From the NCBI GenBank assembly GCA_013416795.1, contig RQSC01000150.1:1-55775 (forward strand): a stretch of DNA of 55,775 bases, read 5' to 3'. Positions 1 to 9,551 of this stretch are shown here, in pieces (position 1 is the first letter of the stretch; every line of letters starts with the position of its first letter). The notes under the pieces were generated by a model that saw only the letters and a list, made by a program, of their open reading frames with translations, ran no database searches and was not told the origin of the DNA. Position numbers and translations under genes: made by a program. The DNA is from Prasinococcaceae sp. CCMP 1430 (lineage: Eukaryota > Plantae > Prasinodermophyta).

Positions 1-888
1 CGCGACGTCGTCGAAGTGGTGGTGGCCGTCGCGCGTCCGGCTGCACGCGATGAGCGCCGCCCCCAGGAACGGCGGCGCGGCGGCCGCCGTCGAGGCGGCC
101 TGCCCCCACCAGGCCCGCGGACCCGACGCCGTGCTCACCGCCCACGCCCAGTACAAGCCCAAAAATCCCAGGCCGCAGAAGCTCATGGAGGCGTGCCCGC
201 TCGGGAAGCTCAAGAGGGCCTGCGGCGAGTACGCCGAGGGGTCCGCCAGGCACTTGGACAGGTGCCCCGGCGCGCCGGCGCTCGTGGCCTCGAGGTACGC
301 GTCCATGCCCTTGGACGCAAAGCCGGCGTAGTCGCAGGCCGCGTAGAAGTGCGGCCTCTGCCGCCCCACGTAGACCTTGAGGACGTCCGTGACTGCCATC
401 GTGAGCAGCACCGACGAGAGGAGATGCACCGCCAGCGCGAGAGCGTTGACCTGCGCGGCGGCCACGCGCTGCGACGCCCGCGCCAAGGCGACCTGCGTCC
501 CCCACACGGCGGCGACGGGCAGGAGCATGGCAAGCACCCAGAGCGCCGTGGCGCTCACGATGCTGCCCTGGACGCTGGGCCACGACAGATTCGGATCCCT
601 TTCGACGAAAGGCCGCTGGAAAGCCGGCAGCATGCCCAGCTCGCCGCCGACGGTGGGCACCAGCCCAACCACGAGCGAAGTGCCCAGCATCGCGAACGCC
701 CGCGCGCGCTGCACGCGCTGCGGCTGCGGGGCGCCGCGTTCGCGCCGCGCCGGCACCGAGTGGCTGTGCATCCTCACGAGGACCTCGTCCGCGTCGGGAT
801 CGATGCTTCCGGAGGTGCCGCCGAGCGCGCCGGAGCCGGCGCCGCCCGCCTCCATGAGCATGGAGCCCTCCTGCGACGACGCGCCCAT
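1..888 (-). CDS. PAP2-family lipid phosphate phosphatase (3' end runs off window)
   Basis: Minus frame from ATG 888 is open to the window edge. All three PAP2 motifs are present: KVYVGRQRPHF, SFPSGHAS, SRTRDGHHHFDDV, plus hydrophobic TM segments. Confidence 0.87.
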   Translation of the reverse strand, partial: MGASSQEGSMLMEAGGAGSGALGGTSGSIDPDADEVLVRMHSHSVPARRERGAPQPQRVQRARAFAMLGTSLVVGLVPTVGGELGMLPAFQRPFVERDPNLSWPSVQGSIVSATALWVLAMLLPVAAVWGTQVALARASQRVAAAQVNALALAVHLLSSVLLTMAVTDVLKVYVGRQRPHFYAACDYAGFASKGMDAYLEATSAGAPGHLSKCLADPSAYSPQALLSFPSGHASMSFCGLGFLGLYWAWAVSTASGPRAWWGQAASTAAAAPPFLGAALIACSRTRDGHHHFDDVA

Positions 889-1041
889 GTCGACTGCTCG
901 CGCACTCGGGCGCACGCGCGCGCGCCGTGGGGCGCGCCCGACGCCCGGCGCCGCTCCTCTGCGCCGCGCGCCCGTTGTGGCGCCCGCCGCGCTCCGCACG
1001 CACCGCCCACGCAGTGACCGCGCGCGCCAGCCAACGGCAAA

Positions 1042-1049
1042 TAGGGTTT
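1042..1049 (-). promoter_or_regulatory. Telo-box (AAACCCTA) in the PAP2/ERG2 divergent spacer
   Basis: TAGGGTTT at 1042-1049. Another perfect copy is at 37180-37187, AACCCTA occurs at 25269 and 37092, and a degenerate run lies at ~9324-9348; all are intergenic. Confidence 0.45.
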
Positions 1050-1261
1050 GCGTTCGCATCGTAACAAAATGCAAGTGTAAAGCGCGCAATGTGATGGGTT
1101 AGGGGTGTATCAAACCTGAAATACGTTAATGGCGTGCGTTTTGATGTGGACTGGGGCCTGGACGCGCGGCGCGCCACAGCGCACGCGCCCTGCGCGGCAG
1201 CCGCGCCCCCCGCTCGCCCCGCGGCCATTCCATCCCCCATCTGCCGACCCTGTGTGCGAGG

Positions 1262-2250
1262 ATGAAGGGCGCGCTCTTCGGCGCGTTCGTGGTGGGCGCG
1301 CTCGCCGTCGCGTCCCACCAGCTGATCGCGCATGAGCGCAACTACGTCTTCGACCAGGTGCGGGCGCGGGGTGGCGGCGCGGCGGGGCTGGCCGCTGCGT
1401 GCAGGCGGCCGCGCAGGGGTGACGCTGCTGACGCGTCGCCACGCGCGCTGCCGCCTCTGTCTCTTCCCCCTCCTCGCCCGCCTCTGCGCGCGTATACCTG
1501 CACTTGCGCACGCTTCGCTTGGCGCGCCTGCTCTGCGCGCACAGGTTGTGATGCAGGAGATTGCACAGGCGGCAGTCGCAGCGCACTCCGAGGAGGGGGC
1601 TGACGCCGTCGTCGGCGCGGTCATCGCGGGGCTGCGCGAGCGCTATCCGGAGCATGTCGCCAACGACGAGCAACCGGAGTGGCTCTTCAACAACGCGGGT
1701 GGCGCGATGGGCGCGATGACGGTGCTGCACTCGAGCCTGTCCGAGTACGTCATCATCTTCGGCACGGCCGTCGGCACCGAGGGGCACACCGGCCGCTTCC
1801 TCGCGGACGACTACTTCACCATCCTGGACGGCGAGCAGTGGGCGTTCGCGCCGGGGAGCCTCACCAAGGTGAGCTGCGCCACACGCAACGTCTCAATCGA
1901 ACGCCAACGCGAGGAGCTGCATGCGCGCGCGCGCGCCATTGGGACACGCTTGCGCGGGGCGAGATCGCGTGGCCAGGCTCTCTGACACCTACGCCTACGC
2001 GCGCGCGCGCTCTGTGCAGGAGGTGTACGGCCCAGGCGATCAGCACCACCTTCCCCTGGGCGTAGCGAAGCAATACAAAATGCCGGACCAGTGCTGGGCC
2101 CTCGAGTACGCGCGCGGCAACATATTGTCGATGATGCCCTTTGGCCTCGCGGACCTCTTCTTCTCGACGCTCGACCCGGTGGCGCTCGTGCAGACCGTCA
2201 AGGTGAGCGGCGGGTACATGCTCCAGAACATTCTTCGCGGGAAATTTTAG
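1262..2250 (+). CDS. ERG2: C-8 sterol isomerase / sigma-1 receptor family protein, 3 exons (1262-1357, 1545-1868, 2020-2250)
   Basis: WLFNNAGGAMGAMTVLHSSLSEYVIIFGTAVGTEGHTGRFLADDYFTIL and CWALEYARGNILSMMPFG motifs. GT-AG introns restore the frame. Confidence 0.92.
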
Positions 2251-2591
2251 CATCTGCACTGGCGGGCAAGGACGGGCCGGCAGGGCGCGCGCGCGCGCGT
2301 GCGCGCCGCGGCGCGTGTAGCGACAGTGCTTGTTGCGCTCATCCTTCTTGACGCGACTAATTTCCTGAATGCTCGATGCGACGGTCGATCGGTGCCCCCC
2401 CGAGCCGTCCGCGGTGTGCTGCGCCCTCGCCCGCCCGCCTGCGCGCGTGCGGCGGCTGCACTAGCAGCGTCAGACACTCCAGAGCCAGCCCAGTAGATAC
2501 ATAGGCGGGCCTACCCGAGCCTCGCCGGCTGGATCGAGTGCTTCTGGGGCTGCTCAAGACTCGTCCTGAGCTCTAGATGGTTCGAAAGAGA

Positions 2592-2596
2592 TTACA
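2592..2596 (-). terminator. Green-algal TGTAA polyadenylation signal of the MFS gene
   Basis: TTACA ~25 nt past the stop. The same signal follows MSI4 (7554-7558, -), EamA (28214-28218, -) and the UreH-like gene (53428-53432, +). Confidence 0.5.
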
Positions 2597-2620
2597 CTAT
2601 GTGTACAACAGGCCCGCGCG

Positions 2621-4460
2621 CTAGCGAATCGCTAGCCTCGGGTCAGCCGAGAGCCAGGCGTTGGATGCGCCACACGCAGCGAGCAGCGTCACCGCGCCGA
2701 CGAACACGGCGCCCTCGGGCACGGATGGCGCGAAGGCGAGGATCGCCACGAGCATGCCGTTGAGGGGAATGCGGAAGAGCGACATCGTGGCTGCGCGCTC
2801 GCCGTCATCGACGAGATGCGCGCGCAAAACGGCGATGGTCTGAAGCACGCGCGCACATCCGCATCGCGTGCCCGGCGCGCGTGGGCACAGAGCGCGTCAG
2901 CGTCGCACATAGCGCGAGCTCGTAGTGCGGGTACAGGCCGGGCAGTAGATGCATCTACAGCGCGACGCACCGGCCAGTAAACGCCAAGCGTGAGCTCGAA
3001 GATACAAAAGGCCAGTAGCGTCGGAGCATACATGGACGGCAATGCAACCGGCACAAGCAAGCAGGGCACCGCCACACCGAAGACGCCCGCTAGCGCGGCC
3101 TGTGGGCTCAGCCTGTTCGCCAGGGCGCTGTAAATCTGCGCACCCGCCATCTTGGAGAGCATGAATGCGCTGAAAATGAGGCCGTGCGGCACTCCGCCAC
3201 CCGAGAGGTCGCTGCCATGCACGGCTACGCGCGCAGCTCTCTTTTCAAGCGCAGGCGTCCACATGAACACAAACGTGTACATGGCGGCCTCGTAGAGCGC
3301 ATTCATGGTGCCCAGCGCGATCAGCGCGGGATCACGCCGCAGCTTGCGCAGGGCCTCGCGCAATGACGCCAGTGCCGCACGCCGGTGGCGGCGCGTGGGC
3401 AGCTCGGGCTTGCCAATGGCGACGACTATGCCCTTGCTGTTGCCATCGCCGCCGTCGTCGGTGCCCTCAGCCGCCGCGCTCTCGCCACTACGCGCGTACG
3501 CCCGCTCCGCCGCGTGCCACAGCGTGCTCGCGCCAGCAAACGTCGCGCCGAGCGACAGCAGTGCGATGACGAACGGCGCCACGAAAGGATTGACGCCCGC
3601 GCGCACAGCGGCCTCGGCACTGTCGTAGCCGCGCGCGGCGACAGCGGTGTTTACCGCGAGCTGGCCCACAGCGCCGGCGACAACGGCAGTCGCAGCATTC
3701 GCCTGCGGAGGCCGTCCACGCGAGGCCCCACGCCGCACACCAGCGTCAGCACCAAAGTGAGTGCAAGCCAAACAAGAGCGCGCGCTCTCTATCTCTATCG
3801 CCCCATCCCTCACGCACCGTCGTCGCGTCGGAAAACACCTGTTCTAGCACGCGGGCCTGCGAAGCCGCCCCCCCCGGAAGCATACGACGGCTCTGCTCGA
3901 CTGCCCAGCTCTCGAAGCTGCTATAGAGAATGCTGTACGCCAGCCCACCGCACAGTCTGCCCAAGAGAAGCACACAGTAGCTGCTTGAGAATTTGCTCAG
4001 GCTGCAAAGCCGCGTGCGTGTGCGACAAGTCGCGCGCGCGCGCGTCAGCCACGAGTGGTCGGAATCGGTGTGTCGTGCAAGAGCGCTGGCATCGCCACCC
4101 TCGAGCGCACACGATGCGCAGCCTCGGCGGAGCGCCAAACCCGGAGCGCGCGACCGCACGCACCAGCACAAGCAGTACGTCAGCGCGTACACGAGAACGC
4201 TCCGCCTGTGGCCGTACGAGTCGCCGAGTGACGCGACCACAGTCCCGACCACCGCCGACGCAGCGTAGCCCGCCATGAAGATGTGCGCAATCGCCGTCAT
4301 GTCGAAGCCATACGCACGGTAGAGGGCGTACAGGTATGGCCCCTGTATCCAGTCGGCAAGCACGGCCGGCAGATACACTGCCAGGTAGCGCGACCGCAGC
4401 GCGCGGATCGCCGCTCGCTCCTCGCCCGCGTCGCCGACACCTCCGCCGCCGCCGCCGCCG
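2621..4460 (-). CDS. MFSD5: MFS molybdate-anion transporter (MFSD5/MOT2 family), introns 4002-4163, 3703-3817, 2840-2970; 5' end unresolved
   Basis: RYLAVYLPAVLADWIQGPYLYALY, SFESW, YEAAMYTFVFMWTPAL, FSAFMLSKMAG and TMSLFRIPLN motifs. No credible ATG or first TM upstream of the (GCC)n tract at ~4443-4460. Confidence 0.85.
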
Positions 4461-4650
4461 ACGCGGTCGCCGAGGCGGCCACGCGGCGCGTGTACGCCGC
4501 GTGCGAGGCCGAGGCGGCCAAGGGCACCAAGCGGGGGCTCGTCGAGGCGGACGCGACGTGGGACACGACCAAGGAGCTGGCGAGCAAGACCTACTACACC
4601 GCCATGAAGACGTGCGTCGCCGCCGAGCGCGCGCCCTCTGCCCTGTTGAC
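4460..4650 (+). other. Orphan plus-strand coding-like segment, unidentified
   Basis: DAVAEAATRRVYAACEAEAAKGTKRGLVEADATWDTTKELASKTYYTAMKTC has strong GC3 codon bias and ends at a GTGAGG donor. It abuts the antisense MFS CDS. Confidence 0.35.
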
Positions 4651-5010
4651 GGTGAGGTACGGTGCCAACTTGTGTACCGGTCGGTGGAGATGAACCTGAA
4701 CCCTGATCCCGAAACCCTGCTGTACACGCGCACGGTGCGGCGCCGGAAGCGCACGCGCCTCGAGTGTGTGTGGGGGGTGCGGTGGCATGCGGGTGCGTGC
4801 GGGGCGGGGTGGGTCACACCGCGAGCGCGGGGCCTCGTGTGTGGTGCTGGGGAAGGCGTTGGGTGTGTGACGGGGGCGGTCCAACGCTGCGCTTCCTCAC
4901 CCGTGCCGTCGCCGCGCCGCCGCGCGGCGCTGCATCAGCAGCGGCGCGAGCATCCGCTGCGCGGCACACCCAACCTGGCACCCAACGCACACCCTCCCCG
5001 TGGGTGCGCG

Positions 5011-5222
5011 ATGGAGGACGCACTCGCGCTGCACGCGGCGCTGTCGTCGGCCAGCGCGCCGCCGGTAGCGCGCTCGGCGCTGGCAGTGCTGTCGGATGCG
5101 CTGCGCATGTATGGCCCGCTCGACGTGGTCGTGTCATTCAATGGCGGCAAGGACGCCACCGTTGTCGCGCACCTCTGCCGCGCCGCGTTCGCCGCGCACG
5201 CGCGCGCAGCTGGCGTCGCCTA
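5011..5222 (+). CDS. FAD synthase (PAPS-reductase fold), N-terminal fragment cut by a gap
   Basis: MEDALALHAAL...VVVSFNGGKDATVVAHL matches the SFNGGKD signature of eukaryotic FAD synthases. Confidence 0.78.
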
Positions 5223-5239
5223 NNNNNNNNNNNNNNNNN
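5223..5239. other. Scaffold gap
   Basis: Run of N. Confidence 0.99.
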
Positions 5240-7396
5240 CGGCGCGGCGGGCGTCGGCCGTCGAGACGGAGCAGCTCGTGGCCGCGGCGGCCGTGGCCGC
5301 GGCCGCGCAGGCGTCGTTCTCGAGGTCGTTCACGAGCACCACCTCCCCCCTCGCCAGGCCCAGCTTCGAGGACGAGAGTGGTGGGAACGGCGACAGCGAA
5401 GACGACGACATGTTCAAATCGGAGGTCGAGCGATCCGTGGACGACGTCGTCTCGACGTGGCGCGCGGGTGGCGCGCGAGCGGCTTCGAACGGGGGCGGGC
5501 ACGGCCGCGGCCATGAGGGGGATGCGGGCGGGCCCGGCGCGCACGGCCAAGGCGGGGCGCGCCAGGACCAGGCGCCGATCTCCCGCTTCTCGAGCGCCTT
5601 CTCGCAGCTCTTCTCCAGGAGAGACAAGAAGCCTGGCCAGAGGAGGGAGCTCAAGACTGGCACCACGCGCAGGCTCAACACGACGAAGGGTGGCCGCGTG
5701 CAGCAGACGCGCCGCGAGAGCGCGCTGACCGTGAGGCTGCTCAGGCAGGGCGTCTTTGCCAAGCCCCCCGCGGAGAGGACGCACGAGGACATCGAGGAGG
5801 CCCACCGCCGCCTGCAGTGCCTCCACAACGACTTCTTGCGGCGCTGTGGCGACGATGTGGTGCGCAGCCTGTCGCGCACCGTCGAGCTGAAGTGCTTCCA
5901 CGCGGGCGACGTCGTCTTCCGCCAGAACGACTGGCCGGCGGAGAAGTTCTACATCATCGTCACGGGAAGGGTCAGAGTGAGTGTGCAGCAGATCGGCGGA
6001 GACAGGCCCTTGAACAAAATGGCATCGCTGCGCGGCTCGTCACAGGGCGACGTGGCGAGGGCGGGTGCGGTGTCGGCGGCCACCGAGGAGGCGCTCGCGC
6101 TGCGAGCGGCGCGCGCGGGAGTGGCGCGCTACGTCGGCGGGCGCAGGCCATCGCGGGTGGCCGCCAGTTCGGCGGAGGTGTCGAGGCAGGCCACAACCTC
6201 GAAGGGCGGGAACGGGCGGGGGGGAGGGGGTGCGGGCGATGAGATGAGTAAGGCTGGCGTGGCGGGTGCTCCGCGCGCGCTCGGCGCCAAGTCGCACACT
6301 GTGGCCGAGCTTGGTGACACCGACTCCTTCGGCGAGCTCTCGCTTCTGAACGACGCACCGCGCAGCGCGACGGTCACTTGCATGACGGAATCGTCCATGC
6401 TTGTCGTGAAGCGCCACGATTTCGATCGCTTCATGAAGGCCGCGGAGCAGAAGCTGTTGAGTCAGAAAGTCAAGACGCTGCGCGGGCTGAAGCAGTTCGC
6501 GGTGTGCGACGACACGCATTGCCGCGAAATCGCGCAGTTCTTCGCCGAGCATGAGTACGCCGAGGGCGACATCGTCGATCTGGACTCGTCCGAGCTCGTG
6601 CACTTCATAATCAAGGGTGACGCGCGCCTGTGCGTGCGGGCCATCGCGGGCGACGAAAGCAGGCCCGTCGGAGCCGCTGTCGCGGCAAAGAGGGGCAGGA
6701 AGGACAAGCATGTGCGCCTCATGGAGGTGCAGACCGTCGGCGTGGGCTCAAACTTTGGGGAAACGGGCATCTGCCTGGAGCACCGCCGGGGATGGGTGCT
6801 GCAGGTGACGAGCCCCGTGCTGCGCACGTATGCGATCAATCGCGTGCAACTGCTCGACCACGTCGACCCGCGCGTGCTGTACGCGATACAAGAGGAGATT
6901 GCCTTTCGCACGAGCTACTTGGACGACTTCTACGACGGGGCTGTGGATCGCGTCGCCAAGGTGCGTGCATGTGCGGCGCGTGCCCGCGCGGCCGCGCGCG
7001 CGCGCTATTTCACTGACCCAAGCGCACGCGCTCGCGTAGCTCAAAGAGAGCCAACCGGAGCTCGTGGAAGTTCTCAAGGACCGCGAGGCAGTGTACGACG
7101 GACACCGTCGGTCTTCAATCGAGGCACAGAACGCCACCAGCCTGCTCAAGGCCGGCGAGGCGGCGGAGGGTGGCCGTGCGCAATCCTCGTGGCGGCACCC
7201 ACCGACGGACGCGCCGCCGGATGCGGCGGCACGAGACAAGCGAGTGTCGACAGGCGATCTGGCCCAGGGCACTGCGGGCGGCAGCCGCGGACGCAATGGC
7301 AGCATTTTGGGGGCGCTTGGATTCGGAGAGCACGTGGACGGCGAGGACGCCCCGCTGCGCTTCCCGCTCGCCATGCAGAAAGCCAGACGAGACTAG
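5240..7396 (+). CDS. Protein with two cyclic-nucleotide-binding domains (5' end in gap), intron 6961-7039
   Basis: FHAGDVVFRQND..KFYIIVTGRV and FGELSLLNDAPRSATV (domain A); FIIKGDA..FGETGI (domain B). GTGCGT...CGTAG intron joins in frame to the 7064-7396 ORF. Confidence 0.85.
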
Positions 7397-7599
7397 GCGC
7401 CGACGATGCAAGCGAATGCCGCGGTCAGGCGTGAGGCGCGCGCCGTGTATCCATGAGCTATCTCACTCCCAACGCCTCGTTCTTCGCCTCCTGCGCCGCG
7501 GTCGGGCGCGCTGCTGCGACGGCTGGCCAAGGCACGATCGGCAGCCGCAGAGCTTACAGTTGCGCAGGCGAGGTCGAGCTCGCGCGACGAGCAGTCAAT

Positions 7600-9048
7600 C
7601 TACGCATCCATCTTGGCCGCCTTGTCGTCGCCCTTTGCCGCGTCCTCCGCCTCGAGGAGCTCCCGAAAGCCTTGTATCTCCTCCCGCATCTCCTCCTCGG
7701 GTCTGTACAGGAGATCGCTCACGCGCCACATCTGCATGGTTGAGCCCCCGTTTCGCTCGGTGTCGTTCGAGACGCTCAGCATCGTCCACGCGCTGTATGG
7801 ATTCCAATGGAAGTCCACAACCTCGGCGCGGTGCCCGTTGTGCTGGAAGAGAACCGCGGGGGGCGGGCTGCTCCCGGCGCCGTCCTGCGTGCCGGGGGGG
7901 CGCGCGCCGTCCTTGGAGGTGTCCCAGATCAGTATGCGCCCATCCTGGCCGCCGCTGGTGAAGAAGCCCGCCGCATCCGGGTTCCACTGCACGCGGAGGA
8001 TGGGCTGGTCGTGGTACTCGTACGCGCCAACGCAACCCTTGCCCAGCGAGCGGCGGTCCCACACCTTCGCCACCCCGTCCGCTCCGCCCGTCACGATCAG
8101 GTTTGCGTCATGGGGCGACCAGTCTACTGCGTGCACATCTTCTGTGTGCGCCTTGGGCGCGCTGTCAGCCATGCTGTCGCCCCCCGCGCGCTCGTCCCAC
8201 AGCGCGAGCATGCCGTCGTCCCCCACCGACGCGAGCAGCCGCGAGTCGTCTGCGCAGAAGCACACGTCCTCGATGCTGGCGGTGTGGCCGCGGAAGAGCA
8301 TGCGCGCGTCCAAGCGCGGTCCCGGCGGGTCACCGCCGGCTTTGGCCGGCGCGCGCGCCTGGGGATCGACGGCCGTGGCGCACAGCGTGCTGGTGTGGTC
8401 CGAGACGTCCCACAGCGCTACCAGCGCGTCGGCGCCCCCCGACGCCGCCTTGTGGTCAGCCGCCGCGGTCGCGAGCGCAAAGGGCGCCGCCGCCGTGTGA
8501 CCCGCCAACACGAGGTCCGGACAGGAGCATTTCACCTCGACGCCTTGGCGCGTGGCTTCCTTGGCGCGGTCGTCCTGCGTGCTCGTGTTCCAGAGGTAGG
8601 CCTCGGGGCTGTCGGTGGACGTCGCTATGAGCGAGGGGTGGCACGCGAACTCGCGGATCTTGTTCACCTCGCCCGGGTGGATGAGCGTCTTCGACTTGGT
8701 CACGAACGGCGAGCGCGTCTCCTCGGAGAACGTGCTGATGTAGTCGGCCTGCGCCACGCGCGGCTGGAGCACCTGCATGGAGGCGACGATGAGGGTGTTG
8801 GGGGTGGTGCCGTCGGTCTGCTCCGCGAAGTACGCGCGCTGCTTGGTCTTGTGGGCCGACTTTTCGAGCACCGCCCCCCAGCGGCAGCTGAGCGAGGGCC
8901 ACGCGCGGTTATCGTTGGAGAACCAGTCGTACATGTAAGGGATGAGCGCCTTCCACTGGGCGTACAGCCGCGCCGCCGCGCGCTCCCTGGCCTCCGCCTC
9001 GGCTTCATCCTCTGCAAGGCCCGCGTCGACCTCCATGTCGGCGGCCAT
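7600..9048 (-). CDS. MSI4: MSI4/FVE-type WD40 histone-binding protein (RBBP4 family), intronless
   Basis: WKALIPYMYDWFSNDNRAWPSLSCRWG, HPGEVNKIRE, LFQHNGHRAEVVDFHWN, MQMWRVSDLLYRPEEE. Confidence 0.9.
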   Translation of the reverse strand: MAADMEVDAGLAEDEAEAEARERAAARLYAQWKALIPYMYDWFSNDNRAWPSLSCRWGAVLEKSAHKTKQRAYFAEQTDGTTPNTLIVASMQVLQPRVAQADYISTFSEETRSPFVTKSKTLIHPGEVNKIREFACHPSLIATSTDSPEAYLWNTSTQDDRAKEATRQGVEVKCSCPDLVLAGHTAAAPFALATAAADHKAASGGADALVALWDVSDHTSTLCATAVDPQARAPAKAGGDPPGPRLDARMLFRGHTASIEDVCFCADDSRLLASVGDDGMLALWDERAGGDSMADSAPKAHTEDVHAVDWSPHDANLIVTGGADGVAKVWDRRSLGKGCVGAYEYHDQPILRVQWNPDAAGFFTSGGQDGRILIWDTSKDGARPPGTQDGAGSSPPPAVLFQHNGHRAEVVDFHWNPYSAWTMLSVSNDTERNGGSTMQMWRVSDLLYRPEEEMREEIQGFRELLEAEDAAKGDDKAAKMDA

Positions 9049-9386
9049 CGCCCGCGCGGCGCGCGGCGGCGCCTGCTCCTCCCCCACCCCCCTCACCCGC
9101 GTGCCCTTTCACCCACGTGCCCTTTCACCCGCCCGCCCGCCCGCCCGCCCGCCCGCTCTCGCGCTCGCCGCCCGCGCAGTGGCGGCCTTCTCCCACCGCC
9201 GCGGATGGGGCTCGGGCGCCCCTCGCGATCGCGCGCGGAGGCGCGGCGCCTCCCCCCCCAAGGAAACGAGCCGGTTCTCCCCGCGGCGCGCGCGAGAGAG
9301 AGCCGCCGCGCGTCGCGCGTTGCGGGTTTGGGTTAGGTTTTGGGTTTGTATTTGGACCCTTTTGTTCGGTGGGCCGGCGGACGCCC

Positions 9387-9466
9387 TTCCCGCCGAAACG
9401 CGCCGCGCGATTTTTCGGCGCGCGGCGGCGCCATCGAAACGCATGCGCGCGCGCGGTGGCGGGAAA
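9387..9466. promoter_or_regulatory. E2F/DP-like sites in the MSI4-MCM7 bidirectional promoter
   Basis: TTCCCGCCGAAA at 9387-9398 and GCGGGAAA (reverse complement TTTCCCGC) at 9459-9466. Confidence 0.6.
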
Positions 9467-9551
9467 AGCGCGCGCGCGGCCGCCCGGCGCGCGGGCGATT
9501 TCTGCCAGCCACACGCGCCTGCGCACGCGCGCCGCGCCGCAGCGAGCGGCG

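Noticed and set aside
4336-7434. Apparent FAD synthase-cNMP-domain fusion in one 1032-aa ORF
   Set aside because: The frame is continuous only through a 17-N gap of unknown true size, and the FAD synthase is cut after ~70 aa.
9324-9348. GGGTTT/GGGTTA run as a telomere or interstitial telomeric array
   Set aside because: Short and degenerate; better explained as promoter telo-boxes.
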